64,000 bases of DNA from Lactobacillaceae bacterium (GCA_031271345.1 JAISVX010000003.1:293452-357451); one strand, 5' to 3'; positions 1 to 10,389 are shown, counted from the stretch's first letter. Translations and numbers: made by a program. The notes: a model not told the origin generated them from the sequence alone.

Positions 1-1
1 T

Positions 2-1087
2 TTTAGCAAGGTTGATATGCAGACGGTTCCGACTGAAGATGACGGCAAAGCCGATATGGATGTTATTGTTCAGGAAAAATCTACGGGAATGTTTAATATC
101 GGCGTTGGATACTCGACAGTAAACGGCGCGCTGCTTAGAGCCGGAATATCTGAAAGCAACTTTCAGGGCAAAGGACAATATCTGGGCGTTGACGCTTCCA
201 TATCTCAGCGTTACAACAGCTATGAGCTAAACTTTACCGAGCCGTATTTCTTAAACAAGAGATTAAGCGCTGGTTTCGACTTGTTTAGAACTGAGCAGGA
301 TTATCAGGACGAAGGTTCTTATGATAATGATACAAATGGCGGAAGAATTCGTTTTGGCTGGAAATATACCGATAACTTGTCTCAATATTTTAGATACACT
401 CTTCGCGAAGATGAAATTAAAAATGTTTCAAGTTCGGCTTCTCCTTATGTAAAATCCGAAGAAGGAAAATATCTGAACTCTGCGATCGGTCAAACGCTTG
501 CGTATGATAAAAGAGACAGTGCTATAAATCCTACGGAAGGTTATTATTTGTCGCTTTCGAATGATTTTGCCGGTCTTGGCGGCGATGAAAAATATGTAAA
601 ATTTGACATTAGAGCAATGAACTATTATACATTTGCGGACAAATACACATTAAAACTGTTTTTCCAGGGCGGTTTAATAGACGGCTACAGCGGAGAAACC
701 GTAAGACTGGCAAACAGATATTATCTTGGCGGATATAATATGCGCGGTTTTGAAAGTGCAGGTATAGGCGCCAGAGACAGGCTCACGGGTGACGCGCTTG
801 GCGGCAACTGGATGGTCTATTCAGGCGTCGAACTGTCTTTCCCTATAGGCTTAGATGAGGTTGGCATCAAGGGCAGAACGTTTTTGGATATTGGCGCGCT
901 GGGCAAGCCGGACAATATTAATCAGGCTACTGTAGATTACGACTCAACTCCAAGAACCGCTGTCGGTGCGGGTATTCAATGGATGTCTCCAATGGGACAA
1001 ATTGATGTGGACTTCGGTTTTGCGATTAATAAGGAAAAATATGATAATACAGAAGTATTTCGTTTGAACTTTGGCACAAGATTTTAG
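2..1087 (+). CDS. bamA: Outer-membrane protein assembly factor BamA, C-terminal beta-barrel part (5' truncated by window edge)
   Basis: The reading frame is open to the window edge. The sequence is Omp85-barrel-like (GVGYSTVNG..., ends FRLNFGTRF with a terminal Phe). It lies 9 nt upstream of lpxD-fabZ, the usual proteobacterial context. Confidence 0.85.
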   Translation, partial: FSKVDMQTVPTEDDGKADMDVIVQEKSTGMFNIGVGYSTVNGALLRAGISESNFQGKGQYLGVDASISQRYNSYELNFTEPYFLNKRLSAGFDLFRTEQDYQDEGSYDNDTNGGRIRFGWKYTDNLSQYFRYTLREDEIKNVSSSASPYVKSEEGKYLNSAIGQTLAYDKRDSAINPTEGYYLSLSNDFAGLGGDEKYVKFDIRAMNYYTFADKYTLKLFFQGGLIDGYSGETVRLANRYYLGGYNMRGFESAGIGARDRLTGDALGGNWMVYSGVELSFPIGLDEVGIKGRTFLDIGALGKPDNINQATVDYDSTPRTAVGAGIQWMSPMGQIDVDFGFAINKEKYDNTEVFRLNFGTRF

Positions 1088-1096
1088 AGAGGTAAG

Positions 1097-2113
1097 ATGG
1101 TTGATAAGCGTTTTTTTATAAATAATGGACCATTTAATTTAGCGAAAATCGCTGAAATATGCGATGCTAAACTTATGGATGAGACCAAAGGAAATATTGA
1201 GGTCTCGGACATCAATACAATGCTGGCGGCAGGAAATGGCGAGATTTGCTTTTTTTACGATAAAAAATCTAAGGAAAAGGCTAAAGAAATTAAAGCCGCG
1301 GCATGTATAACCAATCAGGAGCTGGCAGATTTTGTTGATAAGGACGTCATCGTTTTAATAAGCGAAAATCCAAAACTTTCATTTTTCAAACTAAACTATG
1401 CGTTTTATGAAGAATATAAAGCCGAGGCAAAAGTATCTGACAAGGCTTCTATTCATAAAACTGCCAAAATCGGAAATAACTGCACTATCGGCGACTATGC
1501 TGTTATTGGAGAGAATGCGGAGCTTGGCGACAACTGCGTGATTGAGCCAAATGTTACGATTGCGAAAGGCTGCGTTATTGGAAGCAATTGCAGAATAGGC
1601 GCCAATGCCGCGTTGTCATATTGTATTATCGGCAATGGATGTTATATATATACAGGCGCGAGAATAGGCGCTGATGGATTTGGTTTCAATACAATTCAGG
1701 GTCAGCATAAAAGAATTCCGCAGCTTGGCAGAGTTATAATCGGCAATGATGTCGAAATAGGAGCAAATACGTGCGTTGACAGAGGCGCTCTGGACGACAC
1801 GGTTATAGGCAACGGCGTTCGAGTGGATAACTTGGCTCAGATTGCGCACGGCGATAAAATCGGAGATGGCTGTATAATCGTTGCTCAAGTAGGCATAGCA
1901 GGAAGCTCAACTTTAGGAAAATATGTTGTTGTTGGCGGACAAGTAGGAGTTGCTGACCATATTCATATTGAAGATTTTGCTCAGATAGCCGCTCAGTCTG
2001 GAATAATGAGAAACGTTGAGTCAGGAGCTGTTGTAATGGGTACTCCGGCTGTTCCGATTAAAGATTTTATGAGGCAGGCGTCATTTTTGCAAAAAAGTAT
2101 TAAAAAATCGTAG
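1097..2113 (+). CDS. lpxD: UDP-3-O-acylglucosamine N-acyltransferase
   Basis: 338 aa with long hexapeptide-repeat (LbH) stretches ([29 protein letters not shown]...). It has an LpxD-type N-terminal domain and sits between bamA and fabZ. Confidence 0.9.
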   Translation: MVDKRFFINNGPFNLAKIAEICDAKLMDETKGNIEVSDINTMLAAGNGEICFFYDKKSKEKAKEIKAAACITNQELADFVDKDVIVLISENPKLSFFKLNYAFYEEYKAEAKVSDKASIHKTAKIGNNCTIGDYAVIGENAELGDNCVIEPNVTIAKGCVIGSNCRIGANAALSYCIIGNGCYIYTGARIGADGFGFNTIQGQHKRIPQLGRVIIGNDVEIGANTCVDRGALDDTVIGNGVRVDNLAQIAHGDKIGDGCIIVAQVGIAGSSTLGKYVVVGGQVGVADHIHIEDFAQIAAQSGIMRNVESGAVVMGTPAVPIKDFMRQASFLQKSIKKS

Positions 2114-2135
2114 TAAATATATAGGAAGGAAAAAA

Positions 2136-2588
2136 ATGTCTGAAAATAAAGTTTATCACATTGAAGATATTATGAAATTTTTACCGCACAGGTATCCCTT
2201 TTTGCTGGTGGATAGACTGGTTGTGGAAGAGATGGGCGTAAAGGGTTATGGCATTAAGAATGTAACGATGAATGAAGAGTTTTTCCAAGGACACTTTCCA
2301 GGAAACCCGATTATGCCTGGAGTTCTCCAAGTTGAAGCTATGGCTCAGACAGCAGGAGCTATCATTGTTTCCGCAAAAGAAGACGCTCAGGGCAAGGCCG
2401 GAGTTTTATTTATGTCTATTGACGGAGTTAAATTTAGAAAACCCGTAAAACCTGGCGATAGATTGGAAATGCATGTCGAAAAAATTAAAGACAAAGGTCG
2501 TATCTTTGTGTTTAGAGGCGAATGTTTTGTCGACGGCAAAGTAGTTTCTGAAGCGGAATTTACCGCAATGATAATTGTTGAAAAATAG
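2136..2588 (+). CDS. fabZ: 3-hydroxyacyl-ACP dehydratase
   Basis: 150 aa hot-dog protein with the signatures '[12 protein letters not shown]' and '[16 protein letters not shown]'. An AGGAAGG SD lies upstream. Confidence 0.93.
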   Translation: MSENKVYHIEDIMKFLPHRYPFLLVDRLVVEEMGVKGYGIKNVTMNEEFFQGHFPGNPIMPGVLQVEAMAQTAGAIIVSAKEDAQGKAGVLFMSIDGVKFRKPVKPGDRLEMHVEKIKDKGRIFVFRGECFVDGKVVSEAEFTAMIIVEK

Positions 2589-2613
2589 CTTTGTTTTTCC
2601 AAAGGATTTTAGT

Positions 2614-2642
2614 TAGAGCCTGAACATATCGTTTAGGCTCTA
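2614..2642. terminator. Bidirectional hairpin between convergent fabZ and dsbD-like gene
   Basis: 12-bp stem tagagcctgaac / gtttaggctcta (one G-U pair) with a 5-nt loop. It overlaps the stop codon of the minus-strand gene. Confidence 0.55.
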
Positions 2643-4577
2643 TTCTTTTATATAATCTTTAATATTTCCAGAAGTTAAAATCTGCGGAAGCGTTATGTAC
2701 GCGTTGCTTTCTTTTGGGTAGTAAATATATAAAGGTATGCTGTTCCTTTCATACATCCCGAGGGCTTTTTCAATTTCTTCGCTGTGGTTGGTCCAATCTG
2801 CTCTATAAGCGTGTATTTTTTTACTGTTTATAATGTTTGCAAATGTATCGGAACTAAGCGCAATTTTTTTATTTATTAGGCATGTTACACACCATTTGGC
2901 TGTAAAATCGATAAACACGGGTTCGCCATTTTCCAACAATTTTTCGATTTCCTCATGATTATATACTTTCCAGACAATGCCGTTATCCGCTTTTTCGATG
3001 TTTTGGGGCTGGGTTTGGCTGTATAATATCCATATAAGCCATATACAGGTAAGCAGGATAGGAGCTGCAAATATCTTTTTTAAGATTATCATCCATTTTC
3101 CTGGCTTGGGGATTATTCTTCCCATAATGTTCGGAAAAAATCCTATTAAGGTAAATGGGAGAGCATAGCCAATGCTCAATGCTAAAAAAACGGGATAAAA
3201 AATGCGTAATGGCTGCGAAATTGTATATCCAATTGCAATCCCCATAAACGGCGCCGTACATGGGCTGGCAATAAGAACGGAGAATAGTCCTGTGAAAAAT
3301 GAGTTTATTCTCTTGTGCTTAAACGATACGCGTCCTACCGAATTAAACGGATTTCTAAGCTTTATTATATCTAAAAGCATGAGGAATATTATGAAGAACA
3401 CAACAATCATGGTTATAAGAAAAGCCGGGTACTGCATTTGAAAACCCCAGCCGATTTTCTCGCCGTTAATTTTTAGCATTATTAATATTGTAGCGATGGA
3501 TAAAAAAGACGCTACGACGCCGATAAAATACATTATGGCTTCAATTCTGCTTTCTCTGCGATTGTGCGCACTCTGAATTAAAGAAATGGCTTTTAGGGTT
3601 AAAATTGGAAGAATGCACGGCATAAGGTTTAAGATAATGCCGCCGGTTAAAGCGAGGAATAATATCCATATTAAACTGTTGCTGCTTTTTTTTATAGGCA
3701 CAAACGGAGACAGCTTGTTAAATGCGCTGATACGTTCGTCTCCGCTAAAGTTTAATTCATAGTTTTTATCTCCGAGAATTAATATTCCGCTTAAATTTTC
3801 AATAGTTTTATTCTCTAACGGAATTAGCAGAGACAGCTTATTTTTTCCATCATATCCGATTATCTGGCTTTCGTTATTAACGATTATGTTTTCCTGATGG
3901 GGAATAAACTTGGTGTTTTTATATATTTTAGGAAGCTCGGTATATCCAGAATCAATATTTAAAAGCAGCATGTTATCTTCCGTTACTTTGTAATGACCTG
4001 TCCATCTGGGTTTTAAAGGAAATGTCCGGCTGGCGTGAAAGAGTTCTTTTTCCCATTCTTCAGTATTGGCGCCTTTTATGGAGGCGACAGGAATAGAAAA
4101 GTTTATCTTAACTTTCTCTGGAACACATTCTTCTCTGCAGGCAAGCCATGAAATATCCGCCTCAAATTTATATTTTGTAAAATAGGGGATTACTCTGTCC
4201 GCTTTTAATCTTATCAAATAATATGCGCTGTCTGAATATCCGTATTGGGCTACGCCGTCGGTAAAAAAGGTTATCGGAACGCTGGATTTAACTGTCTCGG
4301 CAGAATATCCTTTCGGCAGGATCCAGCTTATGTTTGTTCTTTCGCCCGCATCGCCAGGATTTTCCCAGTAGGTATGCCATCCGTTCAACATCTTAAGTTT
4401 TACTAAAACATATATGTCCTCGCCGACAGCCGCCTCTTTTTTATTTGAGATTATGGATACTGATACTTTATTTGTTCCATTCATATATGGCTCTGTGTAT
4501 GCATTTGCAATGCATACGAAAGATATGAATAAGGAAAGAATTAAAAGCCTGATTTTATTCATTATTATCTTGGACAA
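2640..4577 (-). CDS. dsbD: Thiol:disulfide interchange protein, DsbD/ScsB family
   Basis: 645 aa with a signal peptide and an N-terminal DsbD-alpha-like domain ('LACREECVPE'). The CcdA-type membrane core carries 'MPCILP' and 'SPCTAPF'. The C-terminal thioredoxin domain carries 'WCVTC'. Confidence 0.82.
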   Translation of the reverse strand: MSKIIMNKIRLLILSLFISFVCIANAYTEPYMNGTNKVSVSIISNKKEAAVGEDIYVLVKLKMLNGWHTYWENPGDAGERTNISWILPKGYSAETVKSSVPITFFTDGVAQYGYSDSAYYLIRLKADRVIPYFTKYKFEADISWLACREECVPEKVKINFSIPVASIKGANTEEWEKELFHASRTFPLKPRWTGHYKVTEDNMLLLNIDSGYTELPKIYKNTKFIPHQENIIVNNESQIIGYDGKNKLSLLIPLENKTIENLSGILILGDKNYELNFSGDERISAFNKLSPFVPIKKSSNSLIWILFLALTGGIILNLMPCILPILTLKAISLIQSAHNRRESRIEAIMYFIGVVASFLSIATILIMLKINGEKIGWGFQMQYPAFLITMIVVFFIIFLMLLDIIKLRNPFNSVGRVSFKHKRINSFFTGLFSVLIASPCTAPFMGIAIGYTISQPLRIFYPVFLALSIGYALPFTLIGFFPNIMGRIIPKPGKWMIILKKIFAAPILLTCIWLIWILYSQTQPQNIEKADNGIVWKVYNHEEIEKLLENGEPVFIDFTAKWCVTCLINKKIALSSDTFANIINSKKIHAYRADWTNHSEEIEKALGMYERNSIPLYIYYPKESNAYITLPQILTSGNIKDYIKE

Positions 4578-5232
4578 CGAATTTATAGTAACCGGCGATG
4601 ATTAGGCTGAAAGCCTTAACTATGCATATAATGCCTGTAATGCCGGCAATTATCATAAACAATCCGGGAAGAATACAAGCTAAAACAAGCGCTATAAAAA
4701 TTTCGCCGCTTTGGAAAATTCCGATAAGATAAAATGGTGATTTCTTTTTTTCTTCCTTTTTGCTTGGATATTTATAATCAATAACGGCAAAGGCAAGCAT
4801 AGCGCAGGATACGGATAAGAAGCCCAAAAGCAGAAATGCCGCCGGAAGAGCATTTTCGGGGCGGGCAAAAGCAAATCCGAATATAACGGCTCCATAGAAA
4901 ATATAATCAAACAAAATGTCCATAAAAACGCCGAATTTTGTTGATTTTGTGGCTCTGGCAATCGCGCCGTCAAGAATATCGAAAAATCGGTTGATTAAAA
5001 TACATGCCAAAGCATGAAAATAATACTCGTAAGAAAGGAAGTTCAGCGCAAATAAACCGATTATAAAACCTATTACAGTAACCAAATTTGCCGAAACTCC
5101 GATTTTGCCAAGTTTTCTTCCAAAAGACATCAGACTTTTATCGAAATATTTCTTAAATATATTATATTTTTCATGGATAAAATTAAACTTATTGATAAAG
5201 TTATTTATTGTTGATTTTATACTGTTTTGCAT
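4555..5232 (-). CDS. CDP-alcohol phosphatidyltransferase family protein
   Basis: Contains the motif D-G-x2-A-R-x8-G-x3-D-x3-D ('FDILDGAIARATKSTKFGVFMDILFD') and is a polytopic membrane protein. I moved the start to ATG 5232 because GAGGGTG lies 8 nt upstream; the ORF track starts at 5271. Confidence 0.75.
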   Translation of the reverse strand: MQNSIKSTINNFINKFNFIHEKYNIFKKYFDKSLMSFGRKLGKIGVSANLVTVIGFIIGLFALNFLSYEYYFHALACILINRFFDILDGAIARATKSTKFGVFMDILFDYIFYGAVIFGFAFARPENALPAAFLLLGFLSVSCAMLAFAVIDYKYPSKKEEKKKSPFYLIGIFQSGEIFIALVLACILPGLFMIIAGITGIICIVKAFSLIIAGYYKFVVQDNNE

Positions 5233-5331
5233 ATTATAATCACCCTCAAAAGAAATAGATGCTATTAACATATATATTAGTTTTTGTTTTTAAAGAAAAG
5301 CAAAAAAGAGAAGTTTTAGGTATTATAATAT

Positions 5332-6354
5332 ATGAGAATATTTAACTACATAGTTTTAACCTTTATGGCTTTAGCTCTTGTTTTTTATATCGGCAGCAAG
5401 TCTAATCCTTACCAGGTTCTCAGCGGAAAAGTTATGGGGACATACTATAATGTTAAGATAAAAACAGATAGTGAAAACAATTTGTTAAACAGCGAAGTTA
5501 AAGCATTGCTTGATGGTATATCAGGCAGGTTTTCCGTGTTTGACGTTAATTCTGAACTAAGCAAAATTAACAATAATGTTTCTGGAGAGTGGATGGATTT
5601 GTCTCCAGAAATGTCCGAGGTTATGAAAAAAGCCTATGAAGTTTATGTCTCAAGCGACGGCGCATTTGACCCTACGGTTGGAAAGCTTGTCAATCTCTGG
5701 GGGTTTGGGGTTTCAAATGTCAGTAAAACGCCGACCGATGACGAGGTGGCTGAAGCTCTGGAATATACGGGTTTTAATAAAGTAAAGTTTACTAAGGATT
5801 ATGACAAAGTTCTAAAAACTAGTCCCAATATCTATATCAATCTTTCAGCCATCGCAAAAGGATATGTCGTGGATAAAGCCGCGGAATTATTGGAAAACAT
5901 GGGATATGAAAACTTTATTGTCGAAATCGGCGGTGAAATAAGGGCGAAAGGCAAAAAATCTGCGGATACCGACGGATGGGTTGTCGGGGTGCTGAAACCT
6001 TTAAAAGAGCAAACGGAAGCCGCGTTTACCGTTACAATAAGCGATATGGCTGTCGCAACCTCCGGCGATTATAGAAACTACTATTATTCAAACGGCGATT
6101 TTCTCTCTCATACAATAGATACAAAAACTGGATACCCCGTAAAAAACAATATATCGTCTGTTACTGTGTTTGACGAAAGCTGCACAAAAGCGGATGCTGC
6201 CGCAACAGCCATAATGGCGATGGGACATCAAAAGGGTTTGGCGTATGCGAACTCTAAAAATTTGAAAGTAATTATCTTTGTTAAAGACGCGGAAGATAAT
6301 TTCAGCATATCTGTTTCTGCCTCCGGGCGCAAATTTTTAGATGCAAACATGTAA
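5332..6354 (+). CDS. apbE: FAD:protein FMN transferase (ApbE family)
   Basis: 340 aa with an N-terminal membrane/lipoprotein-like anchor. ApbE-like blocks are present: 'LSAIAKGYVVD', 'ATSGDYRNYY' and 'SHTIDTKTGYP'. It lies immediately upstream of the rnf genes. Confidence 0.85.
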   Translation: MRIFNYIVLTFMALALVFYIGSKSNPYQVLSGKVMGTYYNVKIKTDSENNLLNSEVKALLDGISGRFSVFDVNSELSKINNNVSGEWMDLSPEMSEVMKKAYEVYVSSDGAFDPTVGKLVNLWGFGVSNVSKTPTDDEVAEALEYTGFNKVKFTKDYDKVLKTSPNIYINLSAIAKGYVVDKAAELLENMGYENFIVEIGGEIRAKGKKSADTDGWVVGVLKPLKEQTEAAFTVTISDMAVATSGDYRNYYYSNGDFLSHTIDTKTGYPVKNNISSVTVFDESCTKADAAATAIMAMGHQKGLAYANSKNLKVIIFVKDAEDNFSISVSASGRKFLDANM

Positions 6355-6363
6355 GGAATAAAA

Positions 6364-7629
6364 ATGTATAGAACCACTGGTATTTATATAAAAAATAATA
6401 AAATATCCAAGTATAAAGAGATTGTAGATGCTGGGGTTCCAGAGGTTGTATATATTCCGTTAGACAGACATGTCGGCGCGCCTGCAAAACCTGTGGTAAG
6501 CAAAGGCGCTGAGGTCAAAATTGGAACTCTGGTTGCAAAAGCCGACGAAACGCTTTCTGTAAATGTTTATTCTTCTGTCGCAGGAAAAGTTGTCGAGACA
6601 GATGATAAGCTCATAACCATAAAAACATCTGAAGATATTTATGAAAAATCAATAGATACATCGGAAGGTATAATAACCGAAATTCCGGACAGCAAAACAT
6701 TGATACTGGAAAAAATAAGAAAAGCAGGAATTGTCGGCATGGGCGGTGCTGGTTTTCCGGCGGCTGTCAAACTTGATATTCCAGAAACATGCAAAATAGA
6801 GTGCTTGGTTATCAACGGTCTTGAAGGGGAGCCGTATTTTACGGCGGATAACAGGCTGATGGTTGAGAAAGCCGAAGAGATAGTTATTGGCGCAAGAATA
6901 ATAAACAAGCTTTTAGGAATTCAAAACGCTATAATCGCTGTTGACGAAGAAAATAAAGACGCTGTAAAAGCTCTTGTAGGCGTAACCAAGAGATATATCG
7001 GCGTAAATGTAAAGGCTGTAAAAAACAAATATCCCACAGCTGCGGAAACCCAGCTGATTAAAAAGCTTTTTAATGTTGAAATCCCTAAAACAAAGCTTAC
7101 CAGAGACTTTGGATATATTGTTCACAACGTTGGGACCGTATATTCGATATATAATGCGGTAATGAAAAATAAGCCGCTTTACGAGAGGATAGTCACGGTA
7201 TCTGGAGACGCTGCGGACAATCCGCAAAATTTTCTTGTGAGAGCGGGAACTCCAGCTTCTTACTTAGCCAATAAAGCCGGCTCCATTGATAATGCGCGTC
7301 TGCTGATATGCGGCGGCGTTATGATGGGAACAGAAATAAGCGATGTAAACACTCCGATAAGCCTGTTAGACGGCGGCTTACTGATGTTTAAGAAGGCAAA
7401 AAAAGATACGGAGGCAAGCCCTTGTATCCGCTGCGGCAGATGTTCGCAGAATTGTCCCGTCCATTTGCAGCCTTTTGAGATTGCCGACAGACTAAAAATT
7501 GGAGATACGCCGAAACTTTACAAACTTAGACCGTCTGACTGCATAAATTGTGGTATCTGCTCTTATCTATGTCCGGCAAAAATACCATTGTTAGATTTTA
7601 TAAAAATGGCTAAAGAACAAATAAGGTAG
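6364..7629 (+). CDS. rnfC: Rnf electron-transport complex subunit C
   Basis: Contains a 'GMGGAGFP' nucleotide/FMN-site motif and two 4Fe-4S motifs, CIRCGRCSQNCP and CINCGICSYLCP. Confidence 0.88.
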   Translation: MYRTTGIYIKNNKISKYKEIVDAGVPEVVYIPLDRHVGAPAKPVVSKGAEVKIGTLVAKADETLSVNVYSSVAGKVVETDDKLITIKTSEDIYEKSIDTSEGIITEIPDSKTLILEKIRKAGIVGMGGAGFPAAVKLDIPETCKIECLVINGLEGEPYFTADNRLMVEKAEEIVIGARIINKLLGIQNAIIAVDEENKDAVKALVGVTKRYIGVNVKAVKNKYPTAAETQLIKKLFNVEIPKTKLTRDFGYIVHNVGTVYSIYNAVMKNKPLYERIVTVSGDAADNPQNFLVRAGTPASYLANKAGSIDNARLLICGGVMMGTEISDVNTPISLLDGGLLMFKKAKKDTEASPCIRCGRCSQNCPVHLQPFEIADRLKIGDTPKLYKLRPSDCINCGICSYLCPAKIPLLDFIKMAKEQIR

Positions 7630-7634
7630 CGCTA

Positions 7635-8636
7635 ATGAGTATTCGTATAAATCCGCCGCATGTAATAGATAAAACATCAACAAAATCGATTATGCTTGAC
7701 GTTATAATCGCCATGATACCGGCTATGGCTGTATCTGTATTGTTTTTTGGTCTTAATGCCATGCTGGTTATAATTACGTCAGTAACCGCGTGTATCGCTT
7801 TGGAATATATGTGTTCAATATACTGGCTTAAAACCAAAAACAATACGCAAGACTTATCGGCAATTGTCACGGGAATTCTCTTGGCTTTTTGTCTTCCAGG
7901 GAATCTTCCGTTATGGATGGTTATTATCGGGGCTTTTATTGCCATTGTTGTTACAAAAATGGCTTTTGGCGGTTTAGGCAGAAACATATTTAATCCGGCT
8001 CTGGCGGGCAGAACTTTTTTATTTTTGGCATTTCCTGTTCAGATGACGTTGTGGCCGAAGCCAAACTTAAGAGATTTTTGGAATTATGATATAAAAACAG
8101 GCGCGACAGCGTTGGAAATAATAAAATATTCTGATGTCAGCACATCCGCGACAAGGCTTGATAACAATGAGTATCTAAGCAGTCTGCCGGATTATTATGA
8201 TATGTTCATCGGCTATATATCTGGAAGCGTTGGGGAAATATCGGTAGCGGCAATTTTAATCGGGTTCTTTTATTTGCTGTATAAAAAAGTGATAACATGG
8301 CATGTTCCCGTTTTCTATATGGGAACAGTATTTTTAATTATGTATGCGGTTTCATTAAACTCTGCGGAGCCGATAAAATATAACTCGTTTCTGCATGTTT
8401 TGTCTGGAGGACTTATGCTGGGAGCTGTCTTTATGGCAACCGACTATACAACGTCGCCGATGACTGCGTTTGGCAGAATTATATTTGCCGTCGGATGCGG
8501 GGTTTTAACAGTGCTTATAAGGCTAAACAGTGTTTACATGGAAGGCGTGGCTTTTTCAATTCTTATAATGAATGCTTTTGTACCGTTGATTGACAAGTTT
8601 ACAAAACCGCGGATTTTTGGAACAGGGAGAAAATAA
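7635..8636 (+). CDS. rnfD: Rnf complex subunit D
   Basis: 333-aa polytopic NqrB/RnfD-like protein. The flavinylation motif D-x-x-T-G-A-T is present as 'DIKTGATAL'. Confidence 0.9.
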   Translation: MSIRINPPHVIDKTSTKSIMLDVIIAMIPAMAVSVLFFGLNAMLVIITSVTACIALEYMCSIYWLKTKNNTQDLSAIVTGILLAFCLPGNLPLWMVIIGAFIAIVVTKMAFGGLGRNIFNPALAGRTFLFLAFPVQMTLWPKPNLRDFWNYDIKTGATALEIIKYSDVSTSATRLDNNEYLSSLPDYYDMFIGYISGSVGEISVAAILIGFFYLLYKKVITWHVPVFYMGTVFLIMYAVSLNSAEPIKYNSFLHVLSGGLMLGAVFMATDYTTSPMTAFGRIIFAVGCGVLTVLIRLNSVYMEGVAFSILIMNAFVPLIDKFTKPRIFGTGRK

Positions 8637-8637
8637 A

Positions 8638-9228
8638 GTGAAAAATAAGCAAGAATCTCCCGATTTTACGTCCAGCATATATTTTACAATAGCTTTATTT
8701 ATTATCTTTATCGGAGTACTTCTTTCGTTAAGGTATTTATTGGATGAAAATTTGAAGGATAAAGAATATAATAATGAATATGACATAATCACAAGCGTTA
8801 TTGGAACAGAGTTTGACAATAATCCTTTAGAGGAAAAAACCATAATATCCTCTGTTGACGGCAAAGATAAATTAGAACTTTATCCGGCGAGACAAAACGG
8901 TTTAGTTACCTCCGTAGTGATAAAAGTCGGCAACGAAAGAGGATACGGCGGTTATATGGAGTTGGTTGTCGGCTTTTTTATGGATGGAACAATAAGCAGA
9001 TATAGGATAATCACTCATAATGAAACGCTGGGGCTGGGAAGCAGAATAACCTCAAAGGATTTTTCCGAGCAGTTTGAGTGGGTAAATCCTGAACGCCAGG
9101 TGTTTAAGGTTGCAAAAGACGGGGGGGATATTGACGCCGTAGCCTCGGCAACTGTCAGCTCAAGAGCTGTCATTGACTCTATACGGAAGGCGTATGACGC
9201 TTATAAGAAATTTATTGTGGGAGAATAA
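8638..9228 (+). CDS. rnfG: Rnf complex subunit G (FMN-binding)
   Basis: N-terminal TM helix plus an FMN_bind-like domain with 'DAVASATVSS' (FMN-attachment Thr). I prefer GTG 8638, which has GGGAGA 7 nt upstream. The alternative in-frame ATG 8590 would overlap rnfD by 47 nt. Confidence 0.8.
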   Translation: MKNKQESPDFTSSIYFTIALFIIFIGVLLSLRYLLDENLKDKEYNNEYDIITSVIGTEFDNNPLEEKTIISSVDGKDKLELYPARQNGLVTSVVIKVGNERGYGGYMELVVGFFMDGTISRYRIITHNETLGLGSRITSKDFSEQFEWVNPERQVFKVAKDGGDIDAVASATVSSRAVIDSIRKAYDAYKKFIVGE

Positions 9229-9229
9229 G

Positions 9230-9817
9230 ATGAGAAAGAGCTTTTTTACCGACATAATAAAAGAAAACCCTGTGTTTTTGTATCTCCTTGGTATCGTGCC
9301 GGTTTTGGGAACAACAATTTTTGCGTCAAATGCTTTGATAATGGGAGGATTGACTTTCTTTGTCTTGTTTTTCTCAAATATATTGGTCAATTTTGTTAAA
9401 GAACATCTAAAACCACAGACTGAGCTTTTTGTTTACATAATGACAACAGCTTTATTTACAACGATTGCGGAAGTTTTCATCAGACTCTGGAGTATGGAAA
9501 TTCATCTTTCTCTCGGTATATATATGCCGTTGATTATTGTTAACTGTCTCATCTTGAGCGAGCTTTATGCAACGGCGTCAAAAGAGGGTATGAAAAAAAC
9601 ACTTATAAGCAGCCTGAAAATCGGAGTATATTTCATTTTTGCCATAACAATTGTCGGAGTTTTTAGAGAGTTTTTTGGCAATGGATCAGTGTTTAACTAC
9701 ATAATCATACCAGATTCTGTTCCCAAAATGCTCATATCACAAACTCCAGCCGGAGGATTCTTTGTGCTGGCATTTTTCTGCCTGATGGCAAACAGCATGA
9801 GAAGGGAGAAAAAATAA
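9230..9817 (+). CDS. rnfE: Rnf complex subunit E
   Basis: Polytopic NqrD/RnfE-like protein ('NPVFLYLLGIVPVLG'). ATG 9230 follows the rnfG stop directly and has a GGGAGA SD. The ORF-track start at 9173 lies inside rnfG. Confidence 0.88.
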   Translation: MRKSFFTDIIKENPVFLYLLGIVPVLGTTIFASNALIMGGLTFFVLFFSNILVNFVKEHLKPQTELFVYIMTTALFTTIAEVFIRLWSMEIHLSLGIYMPLIIVNCLILSELYATASKEGMKKTLISSLKIGVYFIFAITIVGVFREFFGNGSVFNYIIIPDSVPKMLISQTPAGGFFVLAFFCLMANSMRREKK

Positions 9818-10389
9818 TGAAAATCTTGCTTTCGGCTGTTTTTATAAATAATATAGTGCTTATAAGTTTTCTGGGTTTGGAAGGGATTCTGGCAAACACA
9901 AATAAAAGCAGAAATGCTTTTGGCGCTATTGTTTCTGCAATGCTGATAATTTTGCTTTCATCAATCGTAAACTATTTAACTTATGAAAAGCTGCTTTTGC
10001 CTTATAATTTGGAAATTTTGACATTGATATTGTTTTCTTTCAATATCCTGGTTGTGTCGCTGGTCGTATCTTGGCTTTTGAAAAATACTGTGTCTTTTTT
10101 ATATAAAGAGGTAAAAGAATTTATCCCCGCCGCATCCGTAAGCTCATTAATGCTGGGAACCGCTTTGCTGAACCTTAAGAAAAGTGTGGATATATATAAC
10201 TATATGTATATAAACTTCTGCAATGCGCTGGGCTTTGCATTAATAATAGTTTTGCTCACCAGTATAAGAAGCCGGCTGACAACAGGCAAGCTGCCAAAAA
10301 ATATTGGAGAAGCGACGCTGGTTCTTTTGATATTGGGATTGATTTCAATGGCTTTTATGGGCTTTATGGGAGCAGCGGCTTATCTATAG
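9817..10389 (+). CDS. rnfA: Rnf complex subunit A
   Basis: 190-aa polytopic NqrE/RnfA-like protein. Its start overlaps the rnfE stop (ATAATG). Confidence 0.88.
   Translation: MKILLSAVFINNIVLISFLGLEGILANTNKSRNAFGAIVSAMLIILLSSIVNYLTYEKLLLPYNLEILTLILFSFNILVVSLVVSWLLKNTVSFLYKEVKEFIPAASVSSLMLGTALLNLKKSVDIYNYMYINFCNALGFALIIVLLTSIRSRLTTGKLPKNIGEATLVLLILGLISMAFMGFMGAAAYL

Noticed and set aside
8590-9229. The longer ORF-track starts for rnfG (ATG 8590) and rnfE (ATG 9173).
   Set aside because: Both would overlap the preceding rnf gene by 47-56 nt and would add non-conserved N-termini. The downstream starts (GTG 8638 and ATG 9230) sit right after the upstream stop and have GGGAGA-type SDs.
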